Of a stretch of DNA of 64,000 nt, positions 1-10,044 are shown in pieces. The stretch lies in the NCBI GenBank assembly GCA_965223545.1, contig OZ245006.1, positions 5,184,001-5,248,000 of the forward strand. The letters are read 5' to 3'. The first letter of the stretch is position 1; each line of letters starts with the position of its first letter. Below the pieces are notes generated by a model. That model had not been told where the DNA came from, made no database searches, and worked only from the letters and a program-made list of their open reading frames with translations. The stretch is from Planctomycetota bacterium (lineage in GTDB: Bacteria > Planctomycetota > UBA1135 > UBA2386). Position numbers and translations under genes: made by a program.

Positions 1-375
1 CACGTGGCGCCAGCCCGGGCCGAACAGAGCCTCCTCGTCGTAGCCCTCGTCGTCGTCGGTCGCGGCGCGCAGCTTCTTGATGTTGGCCTGCGCCGCCCCC
101 TGATACTCGTCCACCTCGAACAGCGCCTTGACCGGCGTCCCACCGGCGAGCGCGCCGATCTGCTCGCCGGCCGGAGCATCCGACCAGATCTTGCCGCGCA
201 CGCGCGCGGTCGTGTCGGCCAGCACCAGGTCGAAGAACGGGTCGTTCTTGCGTGTGCGCCCCTCGCGCACCGACGAGATCACTCCGTAGGCGGTCACCAG
301 TGTGCCGCGCTGCGGCTGGAGCGCGTCGAGCCGGGCGATGTGCTGCGGCCGCGGCCGTTGACTCTTGTCGCTCAC
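1..375 (-). CDS. OB-fold nucleic-acid-binding protein, YhaM/Cbf1-like N-terminus (partial, runs off the window)
   Basis: Hand translation from GTG at 375: MSDKSQRPRPQHIARL...GRTRKNDPFFDLVLADTTARVRGKIWSDA...VDEYQGAAQANIKKLR. This resembles the YhaM-type OB motif. GTGA overlap with the upstream stop. Not in the ORF track because it is truncated. Confidence 0.65.
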   Translation of the reverse strand, partial: MSDKSQRPRPQHIARLDALQPQRGTLVTAYGVISSVREGRTRKNDPFFDLVLADTTARVRGKIWSDAPAGEQIGALAGGTPVKALFEVDEYQGAAQANIKKLRAATDDDEGYDEEALFGPGWRHV

Positions 376-1559
376 GACGTTCGCTCAACGAAGCGACGCA
401 GCCGTGCCATGCCCTCGCGCAGCTCGTCGATCGCCGCGGCGTAGCTGATGCGGATGAAGCCAGGGATCGCGAATGCGCTGCCCGGCACCAGCGCCAGCCG
501 CTCCTCGTCGAGCAGCCGCCGGCTCAGCTCGAGATCGTCGATCTGCAGCCGCGCGCACATACGCCGCGCGTCCACCAGCGCGTAGAATGCGCCGCCCGGT
601 GCCTGCAGCGAGAGCTCGCCGAGCTGCGCGATCTCGTCGATGACCAGCTGGCGCCGCGCGCCGAATGCCGCCATGCGCGCCGCGCGTTCCTCGGTGTAAT
701 CCAGCGCGCAGATCTCGAGCGCGGCGTGCTGGCTGATGGTGCACGGATTGCCGAGCACCTGGCTCTGGATCCTGCCGGCGGCGGCGATCACCTCGGCGTC
801 ACCCGCCAAGAACGCCAGCCGCCAACCGGTGAACGAGTGCGATTTGGTCGCGCCGTTGACGACCATGGTGCGCGCGGCTCCCGCTTCGATCGCCGCCGGC
901 GACACGTGGCGGCGATCTCCGTAGATCAACCCGGCGTAGATCTCGTCGGACAGGATCCACAAGTCGTTGGCGACCGCGGCGTCGACCAGATCCTCGAGCT
1001 GGGCGCGCGTCGGCACGGCGCCGGAGGGGTTGTTGGGGTAGTTCAGCAGAACGCCCGCCGCCCCAGCGCTCCGCGCTGCCTCGTCGAGCTGCGCGCCGGT
1101 GTGCACGAAGCCCTGCTCCGGCACCGGATCGACGATCACCGGCCGGCCGCCGGCGACCCCGACCAGATCGGGATACGACACCCAGTACGGCGCCAGGATG
1201 CACACCGGCTGCCCCGGTTCGAGCAGAGTGGTCAGCGCCATGTGCAGCGCCGCCTTGGCACCGGCGCACACCATGACCCGCTCCGCGTCGTAGCGCAGAT
1301 CGAACTGCGCCAGCCACTCGGCTGCCGCCTGGCGCAGTGCGGGCAAGCCGGAGGTCGCGGTGTAGCGCGTTGCCCCGCTCTCGATCGCCGCGATTCCGGC
1401 GCGGCGCACCGGCTCCGGCGTGGCGAAGTCGGGCTCGCCGGCGCTCAAAGAGATCACGTCCTCGCCGGCGGCGCGCAGCTCCGCCGCCCGCGCGGAGATC
1501 GCCAGCGTCACCGATTCGGCGACGGCGCGGGCACGGGCGCTGGGGGTCGGGAGCGGCAT
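372..1559 (-). CDS. PLP-dependent class I/II aminotransferase (aspartate aminotransferase-like)
   Basis: Motifs GEPDFATP, NYPNNPSG, SDEIY and NGATKSHSFTGWRL (PLP lysine); start placed at MPLPTP. Confidence 0.93.
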   Translation of the reverse strand: MPLPTPSARARAVAESVTLAISARAAELRAAGEDVISLSAGEPDFATPEPVRRAGIAAIESGATRYTATSGLPALRQAAAEWLAQFDLRYDAERVMVCAGAKAALHMALTTLLEPGQPVCILAPYWVSYPDLVGVAGGRPVIVDPVPEQGFVHTGAQLDEAARSAGAAGVLLNYPNNPSGAVPTRAQLEDLVDAAVANDLWILSDEIYAGLIYGDRRHVSPAAIEAGAARTMVVNGATKSHSFTGWRLAFLAGDAEVIAAAGRIQSQVLGNPCTISQHAALEICALDYTEERAARMAAFGARRQLVIDEIAQLGELSLQAPGGAFYALVDARRMCARLQIDDLELSRRLLDEERLALVPGSAFAIPGFIRISYAAAIDELREGMARLRRFVERTS

Positions 1560-1690
1560 CGGCGGCGCGGCCAGCGTAGACAGGATCTTCGCCCGAGTCC
1601 ATTCACGGGAAGACCGGCGCCCGGCGAATCGTCCCATTGCAATCGGCTCCGCTGGGATCGTTCGCGGCAGCCGCTAACGTGACGCGAACC

Positions 1691-3754
1691 ATGCGCGCCA
1701 AGAAGTTCTTCAAGGTTGCCGCCATCACCCTGCTGGCCGTTGCTCTGCTGCTGTTCGCCAGCATCGCCGTGTTCGTGTTCAACCCGCTCGAGGGCTCGCT
1801 GCGCGACATGCGCGACATCGTGCCGCGCGACGTGGACTTCTTTCTGCGCAAGCTGGACCTCGACGAGGACTTCGTCGAGGCGCCCGAGCCGCACTTCTGG
1901 GGCGACTTGGCCGGTCATCCGGGGTGGTACGAAAAGGTCGTGCGCGGGCCGACCTACCGCGACCTCAACGGCCGCGGGGAGATCACCGCCGCACTCGACG
2001 AGGTGCGCGCGCAGCTGGCGTCGGTGCGTGCGCAGAGTGGCGGCTTCTTCGACATCGTCGAGCACGTCATCGGCAACGAGCTGGAGATCGCCGGCAAGCT
2101 CGGCGACGCGACCGGTGGTGGCGCGGCATGGTGTGCTTACGCGCGCGTCGCCTGGCAGGCGAAAGCGGCGCTCGGCGCGCTGCGCTACGGCTTCGCGCAA
2201 GAACGCGTCCGGCAGGGCGGCCTCGAGGTGAGCTACGAGGCTCCGATGTTCGTGCTGCAGGCGCAGGGCGGTCCGCCGCTCTACGCCGCGCGATACCTCG
2301 ATTGCGTGATCGCTGGCAATGACCGTGAGCTCGTGCAGCGCAGCTACGGCATCGCCACCGGCGAGGCGGACGCCGAGAGCTTCGGGGCGTCGGCCAGCTA
2401 CCGGGACGGAGTCGAGCGCCGGCTGCGCGAATGGGAAGAGCAGACCGACCAGGCTGCCAACGCGATCGAGTTCTACTTGCGCCCCGACCGCTACTTCGGG
2501 TTGCCATCGATCACGTGGGACGACCGCTGGCCCGACCCGCACCATCCCACCGACATGAACGAGCGCGTGCTGGCGTCGTTCTTCAACCTGAGCTCCTGGC
2601 TCTACTTGACGGGCGCGCTGATCTTCGAGCCGGACTCGCTGTCGCTGCTCGCCGACATCGAGCTCGACCGCAACAAGCACACGGCGTTCCAGGGCAACTT
2701 CTTCCAGACCGAACGGCAGAGCAATCGCAAGTGGCTGCGCCCGTTCATGAGCATGGTGCCGGCCAACGCCTGCGCGTTCGCGGCCATGCGCATGCCGGCG
2801 GGGGACTTCATGCGCGAGATGTTCGGCGCGTTGACGGAGACCGAACGCACCGAGATCGACGAGCTGCTGCGGCGCACCGACGACTTCGAGAGCATGAACT
2901 CGCTGATCGACACGATGGCGCTCGCGCTCAGTCCGCGCACCGGTTTCGTGTTCCGCGCCAACGAAGTGGATCGTGCGACGGCCGAGATGATCGCGGTCGC
3001 CGACCCGGCGCCGGTGCCGCAGGTCGCCTGGGTGTTCTGGATGGAGAGCGGACGCGAAGGCGTGCTCACCGAGCTGGTCGAGAAGATCACCAACAACTTC
3101 CAGCTGCTCGGGTTCACGACCGCATACGATTTGCCGCTCGGCGTCGGTGGCTCGATCGGCAAGGACGCGGCGCGCGAGTTCTTGAACCCGCAGATCCCGG
3201 GGACCGGCTCGATCGCCACGCTGGTCTACCCGCCGTTCTTCGTGCTCAGCAACTCCGGTCCGCTGATCCGCGACATGATGCAGGCGCGGTTGTTGTCGGC
3301 CGCACCGTCGATTCTCGGCAACCCCGACCTCGACGAGTATCTGCGCGACGTGCCGGATGCGGTCAACGGCCTCGTCTTCCTGCAGTCGAACGAGATCGAG
3401 CGCGTGCTGCAGGGCTACGATCGCGACATCGTGCAGAGCGGCGGCATGCCCGATCCGGAGTGGGCGCAGCAGCGTCGCTCCACCGCCCAGCTCTCGGTGT
3501 TCCGCCAGAAGTACTCGCGGCACGGCTCGATGGCGGGCATCCCCGAGTCGGAGCGCGCTGCCTTCGAGCGCGACGTCGACGCCGAGCTCGACGACATGTG
3601 GCGGCGCGAGCGCACCAACTACAGCGCGGATGCGCGCGCATCGATCGCGGAGGCGATCGGCTTGACCCGGCTGTTCCGCTCGGCGTACTTGCAGCTGACT
3701 CTGGAGCCGCGCCATCTGCAGCTGTCGGGGCGCGCGTTGGCTGCGTTCCGCTAA
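1691..3754 (+). CDS. Membrane-anchored hypothetical protein (~687 aa)
   Basis: Long ORF with typical codon bias. Basic N-terminus followed by a hydrophobic helix (KKFFKVAAITLLAVALLLFASIAVFVF). No catalytic motif recognised. Confidence 0.8.
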   Translation: MRAKKFFKVAAITLLAVALLLFASIAVFVFNPLEGSLRDMRDIVPRDVDFFLRKLDLDEDFVEAPEPHFWGDLAGHPGWYEKVVRGPTYRDLNGRGEITAALDEVRAQLASVRAQSGGFFDIVEHVIGNELEIAGKLGDATGGGAAWCAYARVAWQAKAALGALRYGFAQERVRQGGLEVSYEAPMFVLQAQGGPPLYAARYLDCVIAGNDRELVQRSYGIATGEADAESFGASASYRDGVERRLREWEEQTDQAANAIEFYLRPDRYFGLPSITWDDRWPDPHHPTDMNERVLASFFNLSSWLYLTGALIFEPDSLSLLADIELDRNKHTAFQGNFFQTERQSNRKWLRPFMSMVPANACAFAAMRMPAGDFMREMFGALTETERTEIDELLRRTDDFESMNSLIDTMALALSPRTGFVFRANEVDRATAEMIAVADPAPVPQVAWVFWMESGREGVLTELVEKITNNFQLLGFTTAYDLPLGVGGSIGKDAAREFLNPQIPGTGSIATLVYPPFFVLSNSGPLIRDMMQARLLSAAPSILGNPDLDEYLRDVPDAVNGLVFLQSNEIERVLQGYDRDIVQSGGMPDPEWAQQRRSTAQLSVFRQKYSRHGSMAGIPESERAAFERDVDAELDDMWRRERTNYSADARASIAEAIGLTRLFRSAYLQLTLEPRHLQLSGRALAAFR

Positions 3755-3767
3755 GACGCGGCCGGTC

Positions 3768-3795
3768 TTGAAACTCGGGCAGTCCCGGGTATCGT
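3768..3795 (+). promoter_or_regulatory. Putative sigma70 promoter of tRNA-Leu
   Basis: TTGAAA-N16-TATCGT, ending 14 nt upstream of the tRNA. Confidence 0.5.
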
Positions 3796-3809
3796 CCTCC
3801 GCCCCGCTC

Positions 3810-3898
<89 letters not shown>

Positions 3899-3903
3899 CT
3901 TGG

Positions 3904-3934
3904 ACGGCCCGGGCCGACGGCCTGGGCCGTTTTC
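3904..3934 (+). terminator. Putative intrinsic terminator after tRNA-Leu
   Basis: ACGGCCCGGGCC-GAC-GGCCTGGGCCGT hairpin followed by a short T run. Confidence 0.65.
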
Positions 3935-3980
3935 GTTCCTGCGTTGCGGCGTCCCGCGCCGCCGATACGGTACTGCGATC

Positions 3981-4955
3981 GTGACTAGCAAATGGGGTGG
4001 GCAGCCGGGCGCTGCCCCTGACAGTGTGTTGGCGCCAGAGGCGCGCGTCTGGCTCGACGGCGAGCTGCGGGCGCCGGCCGATGCGCAGTTGGGTCTCTTG
4101 ACCCACACGCTGCACTACGGCTTCGGGTTGTTCGAGGGCATCCGCGCCTACCGCCAGGCCGACGGCGGCTCGGCGGTGTTTCGCCTGGCTGAGCACGTTG
4201 CGCGCATGTTCGACGGCGCGAAGATCCTCGACCTCGAGATCCCGTTCACCGCGGAACGCTTGGTCGACGCCTGCATCGAGACCCTCACCGCCAATCGGTT
4301 GGCAGAGGCCTACCTGCGGCCGGTGGTGTTCGTCGGTGAAGGGCGGATGGGGATCTACGCCCCGCAAAACCCGGTGCGCGTCGGCATCGCCGCCTGGGAG
4401 TGGGGCGCCTACCTCGGCGACGAAGGCTTGCAGCGCGGCATCCGCTGCCGCGTGTCCTCGTTCACGCGCACCCACGTCAACACCAACATGGTGCGCGCCA
4501 AGGTGACCGGTGGCTACATCACGTCGATCTTGGCGAAGAGCGAGGCCGCAAGAGACGGCTACGACGAGGCGATCCTGCTCGACCAGGACGGCTACTGCGC
4601 CGAGGGGTCGGGCGAGAACCTGTTTGCGATCTACGACGGCACTCTGGTGACGCCGCCGCTGTCGTCGCCGATCCTCGCCGGCATCACCCGCGACGCGCTG
4701 CTGACGCTGGCGCGCGAGCGCGGCATCGCCGTCGAGGAGCGCCGCTTCTCCCGCGACGAACTCTATCTCGCCGACGAGGCGTTCTTCACCGGGACCGCCG
4801 CCGAGGTCACGCCGATCCGCGAGGTCGACGGTCGCACCATCGGCACCGGCGAGCCGGGGCCGGTGACCAAGACGCTGCAGGACGCGTTCTTCAAGGTGCT
4901 ACGCGGCGAGGTCGCGGAGCACGCCGACTGGCGCGCCACCTATCGCGTCGACTGA
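3981..4955 (+). CDS. ilvE: Branched-chain amino acid aminotransferase
   Basis: LHYGFGLFEGIRAY, AKVTGGY, EGSGENLF, LAGITR, FFTGTAAEVTPIREVDG; start uncertain. Confidence 0.95.
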   Translation: MTSKWGGQPGAAPDSVLAPEARVWLDGELRAPADAQLGLLTHTLHYGFGLFEGIRAYRQADGGSAVFRLAEHVARMFDGAKILDLEIPFTAERLVDACIETLTANRLAEAYLRPVVFVGEGRMGIYAPQNPVRVGIAAWEWGAYLGDEGLQRGIRCRVSSFTRTHVNTNMVRAKVTGGYITSILAKSEAARDGYDEAILLDQDGYCAEGSGENLFAIYDGTLVTPPLSSPILAGITRDALLTLARERGIAVEERRFSRDELYLADEAFFTGTAAEVTPIREVDGRTIGTGEPGPVTKTLQDAFFKVLRGEVAEHADWRATYRVD

Positions 4956-4976
4956 GCAAAACGCTACGCCGCGCGC

Positions 4977-6668
4977 TCAGTAGCCGGCGGCGTGGCCGTC
5001 CTTGCGCGCCTCGGTCGCACCGACGTAGACGCCGTTGTCGAGGCGGCGCAGCACGGCTTGGTAGCCGCCGAAGCCGTCGGTCGCGACCTCCACGCGATGG
5101 CCGCGCTCGCGCAGGGCCTCCGCCAAGGACGCCGGAAAGCCGGGCTCCAGCAGCACCGTGCCTCCATCGGTCATCCGTTCGCCGGTGGGTTGCGACGAGC
5201 CGCTGTGCCGCACGCGCGGTGCGTCGCCGGCTTCCTGCAGGTTCATGCCGAAGTCGAGCAGGTTGACGAGGATCTGCACGTGGCCCTGCGGCTGCATCGC
5301 GCCGCCCATCACTCCGAAGCTCAAGTACGGCGCCCCGTCGCGGGTGACGAACGCCGGAATGATGGTGTGGAACGGCCGCTTGCCGGGCGCGTAGCTGTTG
5401 GGGCGGCCGGGCTCGAGATCGAACAGTTCGCCTCGATCCTGCAGGCAGAAGCCGAGGGTCGGGGGCGTCATGCCGGAGCCCATGCCCCGGTAGTTGCTCT
5501 GGATCAGCGACACCATGTTGCCGTCGGCGTCGGCGACCGACAGGTAGACCGTGTCGCCGTGTTCGAGCGCGGCGATCCCCGTGTCGTAGCGCGCCGCCGC
5601 GCGCTCGCCGATGAGCGCGCGCCGCTCGGTGGCGTACTCCTCCGAGATCAAGCGCTCCACCGGCAGGTCGCCAAACGCCGGGTCCGCGTACCAGTGGGCC
5701 CGGTCTTCGAAGGCGAGCTTCTTGGCTTCGACGAGCAGGTGCACGTAGTCCGCGCTGCCAAAGCCCATCGCCCCGAGATCGTAGCTCTCGAGGATGTTCA
5801 GCATCTGCAGCGCGGCGATCCCCTGGCCGTTGGGTGGCAGCTCGTGCACCTCGAAGCCGCGGTACGACACCGACACCGGCGTCACCCACTCGGACCGGTG
5901 AGCGGCGAGATCCTCGCGGCTCAGAAAGCCACCCTCGGCGGCCAGGAAGTCGACCAGCTGGCCGGCGATCTCGCCGTCGTAGAACGCGTCGCGCCCGTCG
6001 GCCGCGATGCGCTCGAGCGTCGTCGCCAGGGCAGGGTTGCGGAACAGCTCGCCCTTGCGCGGCGCGCGCCCGTCGATGGTGAACACCTCGGCGAAGCCCG
6101 GGTAGTCGCGCAGCGCGCGGACCCCGCGCGCCCAAGCCGCGGCGATCACGGCGGACACCGGAAACCCATCGCGCGCGTAGCCGATCGCCGGCGCCAGCAC
6201 CGCGGTCATCGGCAGCCGGCCAAACCGATCGTGCAGGGCGAACCAGCCGTCGACGCATCCCGGCACGGTCACCGGCAGCGGGCCGTGCGCGGGAATCTTT
6301 TCGAGGCCGCGTTCGGCGAGCATCGCGGCGGTGAGCGCGCGCGGCGAGCGGCCCGTCCCGTTGAGCCCATGCAGCTGGCCGCTTGCGGCATCCCAGACGA
6401 TCGCGAAGAGATCTCCGCCAATGCCGCAGCCGGTCGGCTCGACGACACCGAGCACGGCGTTGGCCGCGATCGCCGCGTCGACCGCCGATCCCCCGCTGCG
6501 CAAGACCTGGAGTGCGGCCTGCGTCGCGAGGGGCTGGCTGGTCGCCGCCATGGCATGGCGGGCGATCGCTTCGGATCGCGTTGCGAACGAGACTTCGCCG
6601 TGCCGGGCTTGGGCGGGGATCGACATCATGACGCAGGCGAACGCGAGCGGGAGGAGCGGGTGGGCCAT
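4977..6668 (-). CDS. ggt: Gamma-glutamyltransferase (exported)
   Basis: GGSAVDAAIA, DTVYLSVADADGNMVS (catalytic Thr), PGKRPFHTIIP, GVMGGAMQPQGH; signal peptide. Confidence 0.95.
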   Translation of the reverse strand: MAHPLLPLAFACVMMSIPAQARHGEVSFATRSEAIARHAMAATSQPLATQAALQVLRSGGSAVDAAIAANAVLGVVEPTGCGIGGDLFAIVWDAASGQLHGLNGTGRSPRALTAAMLAERGLEKIPAHGPLPVTVPGCVDGWFALHDRFGRLPMTAVLAPAIGYARDGFPVSAVIAAAWARGVRALRDYPGFAEVFTIDGRAPRKGELFRNPALATTLERIAADGRDAFYDGEIAGQLVDFLAAEGGFLSREDLAAHRSEWVTPVSVSYRGFEVHELPPNGQGIAALQMLNILESYDLGAMGFGSADYVHLLVEAKKLAFEDRAHWYADPAFGDLPVERLISEEYATERRALIGERAAARYDTGIAALEHGDTVYLSVADADGNMVSLIQSNYRGMGSGMTPPTLGFCLQDRGELFDLEPGRPNSYAPGKRPFHTIIPAFVTRDGAPYLSFGVMGGAMQPQGHVQILVNLLDFGMNLQEAGDAPRVRHSGSSQPTGERMTDGGTVLLEPGFPASLAEALRERGHRVEVATDGFGGYQAVLRRLDNGVYVGATEARKDGHAAGY

Positions 6669-6833
6669 GGGAGAGTCGGGCGATTCTAGCCCGATCCCGG
6701 CGGCGGATGCCGGCCCTCCCTTCGAGCCATCGCAATCGGCGACGGCCGCCGGAGCGCGGCACTTTCTCGGGGGACTGCTAGACTGGGAGCCCGAGCGCCG
6801 CGCAGGATTGGCGGCGCCGGTCGAGTGCAGTCC

Positions 6834-7733
6834 ATGGCTTCCGAACAGACACAACCTCTGCCCGCCGCGATCGAGGCCGCGGTCAGTCTGTTGGCGGACG
6901 CCGAGCCGCGCGTGGTGGCCGCCTGCCGCGAGCAGCTGCTGCGCTGGGGCGAGCCCGCGGTGCCCGTCCTGCGGCGCGTCGCCATCGGTTCGGATGCGCG
7001 GCTGCGCGTGCGCGCGCGCTCGCTGCTGCGCACGCTCGAGCTACGCGCCTGGAGTGCGCAGGTCCGCAGCTTCGCGCGCGCCATCGAGCAGGGCAGGCCG
7101 GCGCGCATCGGGGCGGGATCGTTGCTCGAGAGTGGGCTGTTGTTGTTGTCGTCGCTGACGCGCGCCGAGGACTTGGACCGGGCCGGCTACGAGGGGGCGG
7201 TGGCTGCCTTCGGCCGCGAGCTGCGCGGCAAGGTGCGCGGCCGCACCGCGGCGAGCGCGGCGCGTTCGCTCGGTGCATACATGGCGGAGCGGCTGGAGTT
7301 CACCGCGGAGTCGGCCAGTCTGTACGATCTCGACGCGGTCGCCATCGACGTCGCCACCCAGCGGCGGCTGGCGACTCCTCTCGTCTTGGCGTTGCTCTAT
7401 GCGATCGTCGGCCGGCGCGCGGGCTTGCGCGTCACCGTCGTCGGCTTGCCCGAGGATTGGTTGGTGCGCGTGCACGGCGCGCGCCCGGTGCTCGTCGACC
7501 CGCTGCGCGGTGGTGAGAGTTTGACCAAGGCCGATTGCGTTCGCCATCTGCGCGTCACGGGCTACAGTAGCGGCGCGTCGGCCTACCTGTCGGACCTCGA
7601 TGACCGCGCTCTGCTGCTCGCCCACGTCGAAAGCCTGCAACGCGTGTTCGGCTACCGTGAGGACGGCGAGGTGCTGCGCGCGCTGCGCCAAGCGCACGAC
7701 GCGCTCGGTCGGGTCGCCGACAGCACGAAGTAG
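6834..7733 (+). CDS. SirB1/transglutaminase-like core protein with HEAT-like N-terminus
   Basis: PLVLALLYAIVGRRAGL..VGLPEDWLVR...VDPLRGG resembles the SirB1 family; LLADAEPRVV HEAT-like start. Confidence 0.7.
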   Translation: MASEQTQPLPAAIEAAVSLLADAEPRVVAACREQLLRWGEPAVPVLRRVAIGSDARLRVRARSLLRTLELRAWSAQVRSFARAIEQGRPARIGAGSLLESGLLLLSSLTRAEDLDRAGYEGAVAAFGRELRGKVRGRTAASAARSLGAYMAERLEFTAESASLYDLDAVAIDVATQRRLATPLVLALLYAIVGRRAGLRVTVVGLPEDWLVRVHGARPVLVDPLRGGESLTKADCVRHLRVTGYSSGASAYLSDLDDRALLLAHVESLQRVFGYREDGEVLRALRQAHDALGRVADSTK

Positions 7734-7764
7734 CAGCGCGGCGCGGCAGCTTCGCGCGGTCGGC

Positions 7765-9021
7765 GTGGGGTGGCTGGTCGGCTTGACTGGGTGCGCGGGG
7801 TTGTTCCAAGAGGCCATGCCGGCGCGTCCGGCGGAGATGGCATTGGCTGCTTCGGTTGGGGAGGTCGAAGTCGGCGCCGCCGCCGTCGACATCACGCCCG
7901 AGCGCGACCTGTACTTGGGTGGATTCGATCTGGCGCGGCCGGCGACCGGGGTGCACTCGCGGCTCGAGGCGCGCGCGATGGTGATCCGGGCCGGCGGGGT
8001 CCGGGTGGCGTTGGTCGGCGTCGACAACCTCGGCCTACAGCGGGACGACGTCGAGTGGATCAAGAGCGGCATCACCGGCTTTCGCAACGGCTGCGTGTTC
8101 GTGTGCAGCAGCCACACCCACGCGGCGCCCGATCTGGTCGGGTTTTGGGGCTACTACTTCCTGACGTCCGGGCGCGACCGTGACTACTTGCGGCGCGTGC
8201 GCGACGGCGTCTGTCAGGCCGTGCAGCTGGCGACCGAGCGGCTGCGGCCGGCGACGTTGATCCGCGGGGAGGCGCTGCTGCCGCCGCGCGGGCTGGTGCG
8301 CAACAGCAACCGGACGGGATTGTTCGACCGGCGGTTCACCGTCGTGCAGGCGCGCGACCGCGCGACCGGCGCGCCGTTGGCGGCGTTGCTGCACATGGCC
8401 TGTCACCCCGAGGCGCTGCGCCGCCGCAACACGATGGTGTCGGCCGATTTCGTCGGCTCACTGTGCGACGCCTGGTCGGCCGCGGGCTTGGGACAGCCGG
8501 TTTTCGTCAACGGCGCGCTCGGCGCGATGATCTCGCCCGAGCCGCAAGGCGAGGAGGGCGTGGCGGAGATGGGCGCCGCGCTCTTCGAGGTGGCGCAGCG
8601 CGCGTTGGCCGCGGCGCGGCCGCTGCCCGTCACCGAGATCGAGGTGCGGCGGCGCGATGTGTACCTACCGCTGACGTCGCCGGGTCTGCTGCTCGGGCGG
8701 TTGACCCTGGCGATCCCACGGCGCGCCTACGACGACCACATGCGGACGACCGTCGGCTATCTGCGGCTCGGTGCATTGCAGGCGGTGTCGGTTCCGGGCG
8801 AGGTCGAGCCGACGCTCGCCGAGCGCTGGCGGCGGCGCACCGGGGTTCCCGATCTCCTGCTGTTCGGGCTCTGCGACGACGAGGTGGGCTACTTGATGCG
8901 CACGGTCGATGCGCGTGACCCGGAGTTCGCCTACGAGCGGTTGATGTCGCCGTGCGTCGACGCCGGCGCGCGCGTCGAGGCGGCGTTGATCGGTGGTGCG
9001 GCCGCGTCGGCGCGGTGGTGA
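7765..9021 (+). CDS. Neutral/alkaline ceramidase-like lipoprotein
   Basis: AAVDITP, SSHTHAAPD, HMACHPE, NGALG, VPGE motifs; lipobox-like LTGC; start uncertain. Confidence 0.7.
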   Translation: MGWLVGLTGCAGLFQEAMPARPAEMALAASVGEVEVGAAAVDITPERDLYLGGFDLARPATGVHSRLEARAMVIRAGGVRVALVGVDNLGLQRDDVEWIKSGITGFRNGCVFVCSSHTHAAPDLVGFWGYYFLTSGRDRDYLRRVRDGVCQAVQLATERLRPATLIRGEALLPPRGLVRNSNRTGLFDRRFTVVQARDRATGAPLAALLHMACHPEALRRRNTMVSADFVGSLCDAWSAAGLGQPVFVNGALGAMISPEPQGEEGVAEMGAALFEVAQRALAAARPLPVTEIEVRRRDVYLPLTSPGLLLGRLTLAIPRRAYDDHMRTTVGYLRLGALQAVSVPGEVEPTLAERWRRRTGVPDLLLFGLCDDEVGYLMRTVDARDPEFAYERLMSPCVDAGARVEAALIGGAAASARW

Positions 9022-9046
9022 TGAACGGGAGCCTGGCTCCGTACTT

Positions 9047-9769
9047 TCAGAGCAGGTTGCAGATCCACTGCATCGTGTCGAAGAACGCGTAATCAAGCAT
9101 CTTCCACACCAGCACGATCGCAATGATCCCAAACACCAGCTGCCCCCGCACCATCTCGAAGAAAGCCCCAGTCTGCCGCGGAAACAACCCCTCGACCACG
9201 CCCGCGCCATCGAACGGCGGCAGCGGCACGAGGTTGATCATCGCCAGCAGGATGTTCAAGAACAGGAACGTCGATGCGATCTTGATCACCGCGGTCATGC
9301 CGCCCGAGTCGTACTCCGGCAGTGCCCAAATGATCTGGAACGGGTGAAAGCCACGCGACTCATGCACGGCGACCCCGCTCAGCACGAGTCCCTTGAGCAC
9401 CGCGAACGCCAGCAGCGCCAGCAGGCAGTTGGAGAGCGGCCCGGCCGCCGCCATCAGCGCCGCGCGCTTGGGGTAACGCGCCGCCCACGCTGGATCGTAC
9501 GGAGCATGCGCGTAGCCCATGCACATCCGCGCATCGCTCATCACCAGCACCGCCAGCGGCAAAACGACGGTGCCGAACGGCTCGCGCTGGATGTGCGGGA
9601 TCGGGTTGAGGGTGACCTGTCCGCCGACGTAGGCGGTGCGGTCGCCGCCGAGCAGGGCCAGCAACGCGTGCGCCGCCTCGTGAAACACCAGGCTCACCAG
9701 CAGCACGACGTACAGCAGCAGGATCGTGGTCCAGTCGAGTCCCGCCAGATCGACGAACGCGCCCATCAC
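9047..9769 (-). CDS. Site-2 protease (peptidase M50)
   Basis: HEAAH, TLNPIPHI, AGPLSN and NLVPLPPFDG motifs; multiple transmembrane helices. Confidence 0.93.
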   Translation of the reverse strand: MMGAFVDLAGLDWTTILLLYVVLLVSLVFHEAAHALLALLGGDRTAYVGGQVTLNPIPHIQREPFGTVVLPLAVLVMSDARMCMGYAHAPYDPAWAARYPKRAALMAAAGPLSNCLLALLAFAVLKGLVLSGVAVHESRGFHPFQIIWALPEYDSGGMTAVIKIASTFLFLNILLAMINLVPLPPFDGAGVVEGLFPRQTGAFFEMVRGQLVFGIIAIVLVWKMLDYAFFDTMQWICNLL

Positions 9770-10044
9770 TCGGCTGCGCTCTCGCCGGCGTCCGCCTCGG
9801 GCGGCGGTGCATCGTCGGCCTCGACGTCTTCGAGTCCCTCGAGCACGCGGTGCACTTTCAACTCGGCCCCGCTGATCTTCTCGTTGCAGACCCGGATCAG
9901 CATCGCGGCGCGCTCGACCTTCTCCGACAGCACGTCGACGTCGACGTCGCCGGCCTCGATCTCGCCGAGGATCCGATTCAGCTCTTCGGTCGCGGCAACG
10001 TAGGAGGGCGCCTCCGCGTCCTTGCCCTTGGCCTTCTTGCTCAT
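9766..10044 (-). CDS. xseB: Exodeoxyribonuclease VII small subunit
   Basis: SYVAATEELNRILGEIEAGDVDVDVLSEKVERAAMLIRVCNEKISGAELKV; directly downstream of xseA with ATGA overlap. Confidence 0.93.
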   Translation of the reverse strand: MSKKAKGKDAEAPSYVAATEELNRILGEIEAGDVDVDVLSEKVERAAMLIRVCNEKISGAELKVHRVLEGLEDVEADDAPPPEADAGESAAE

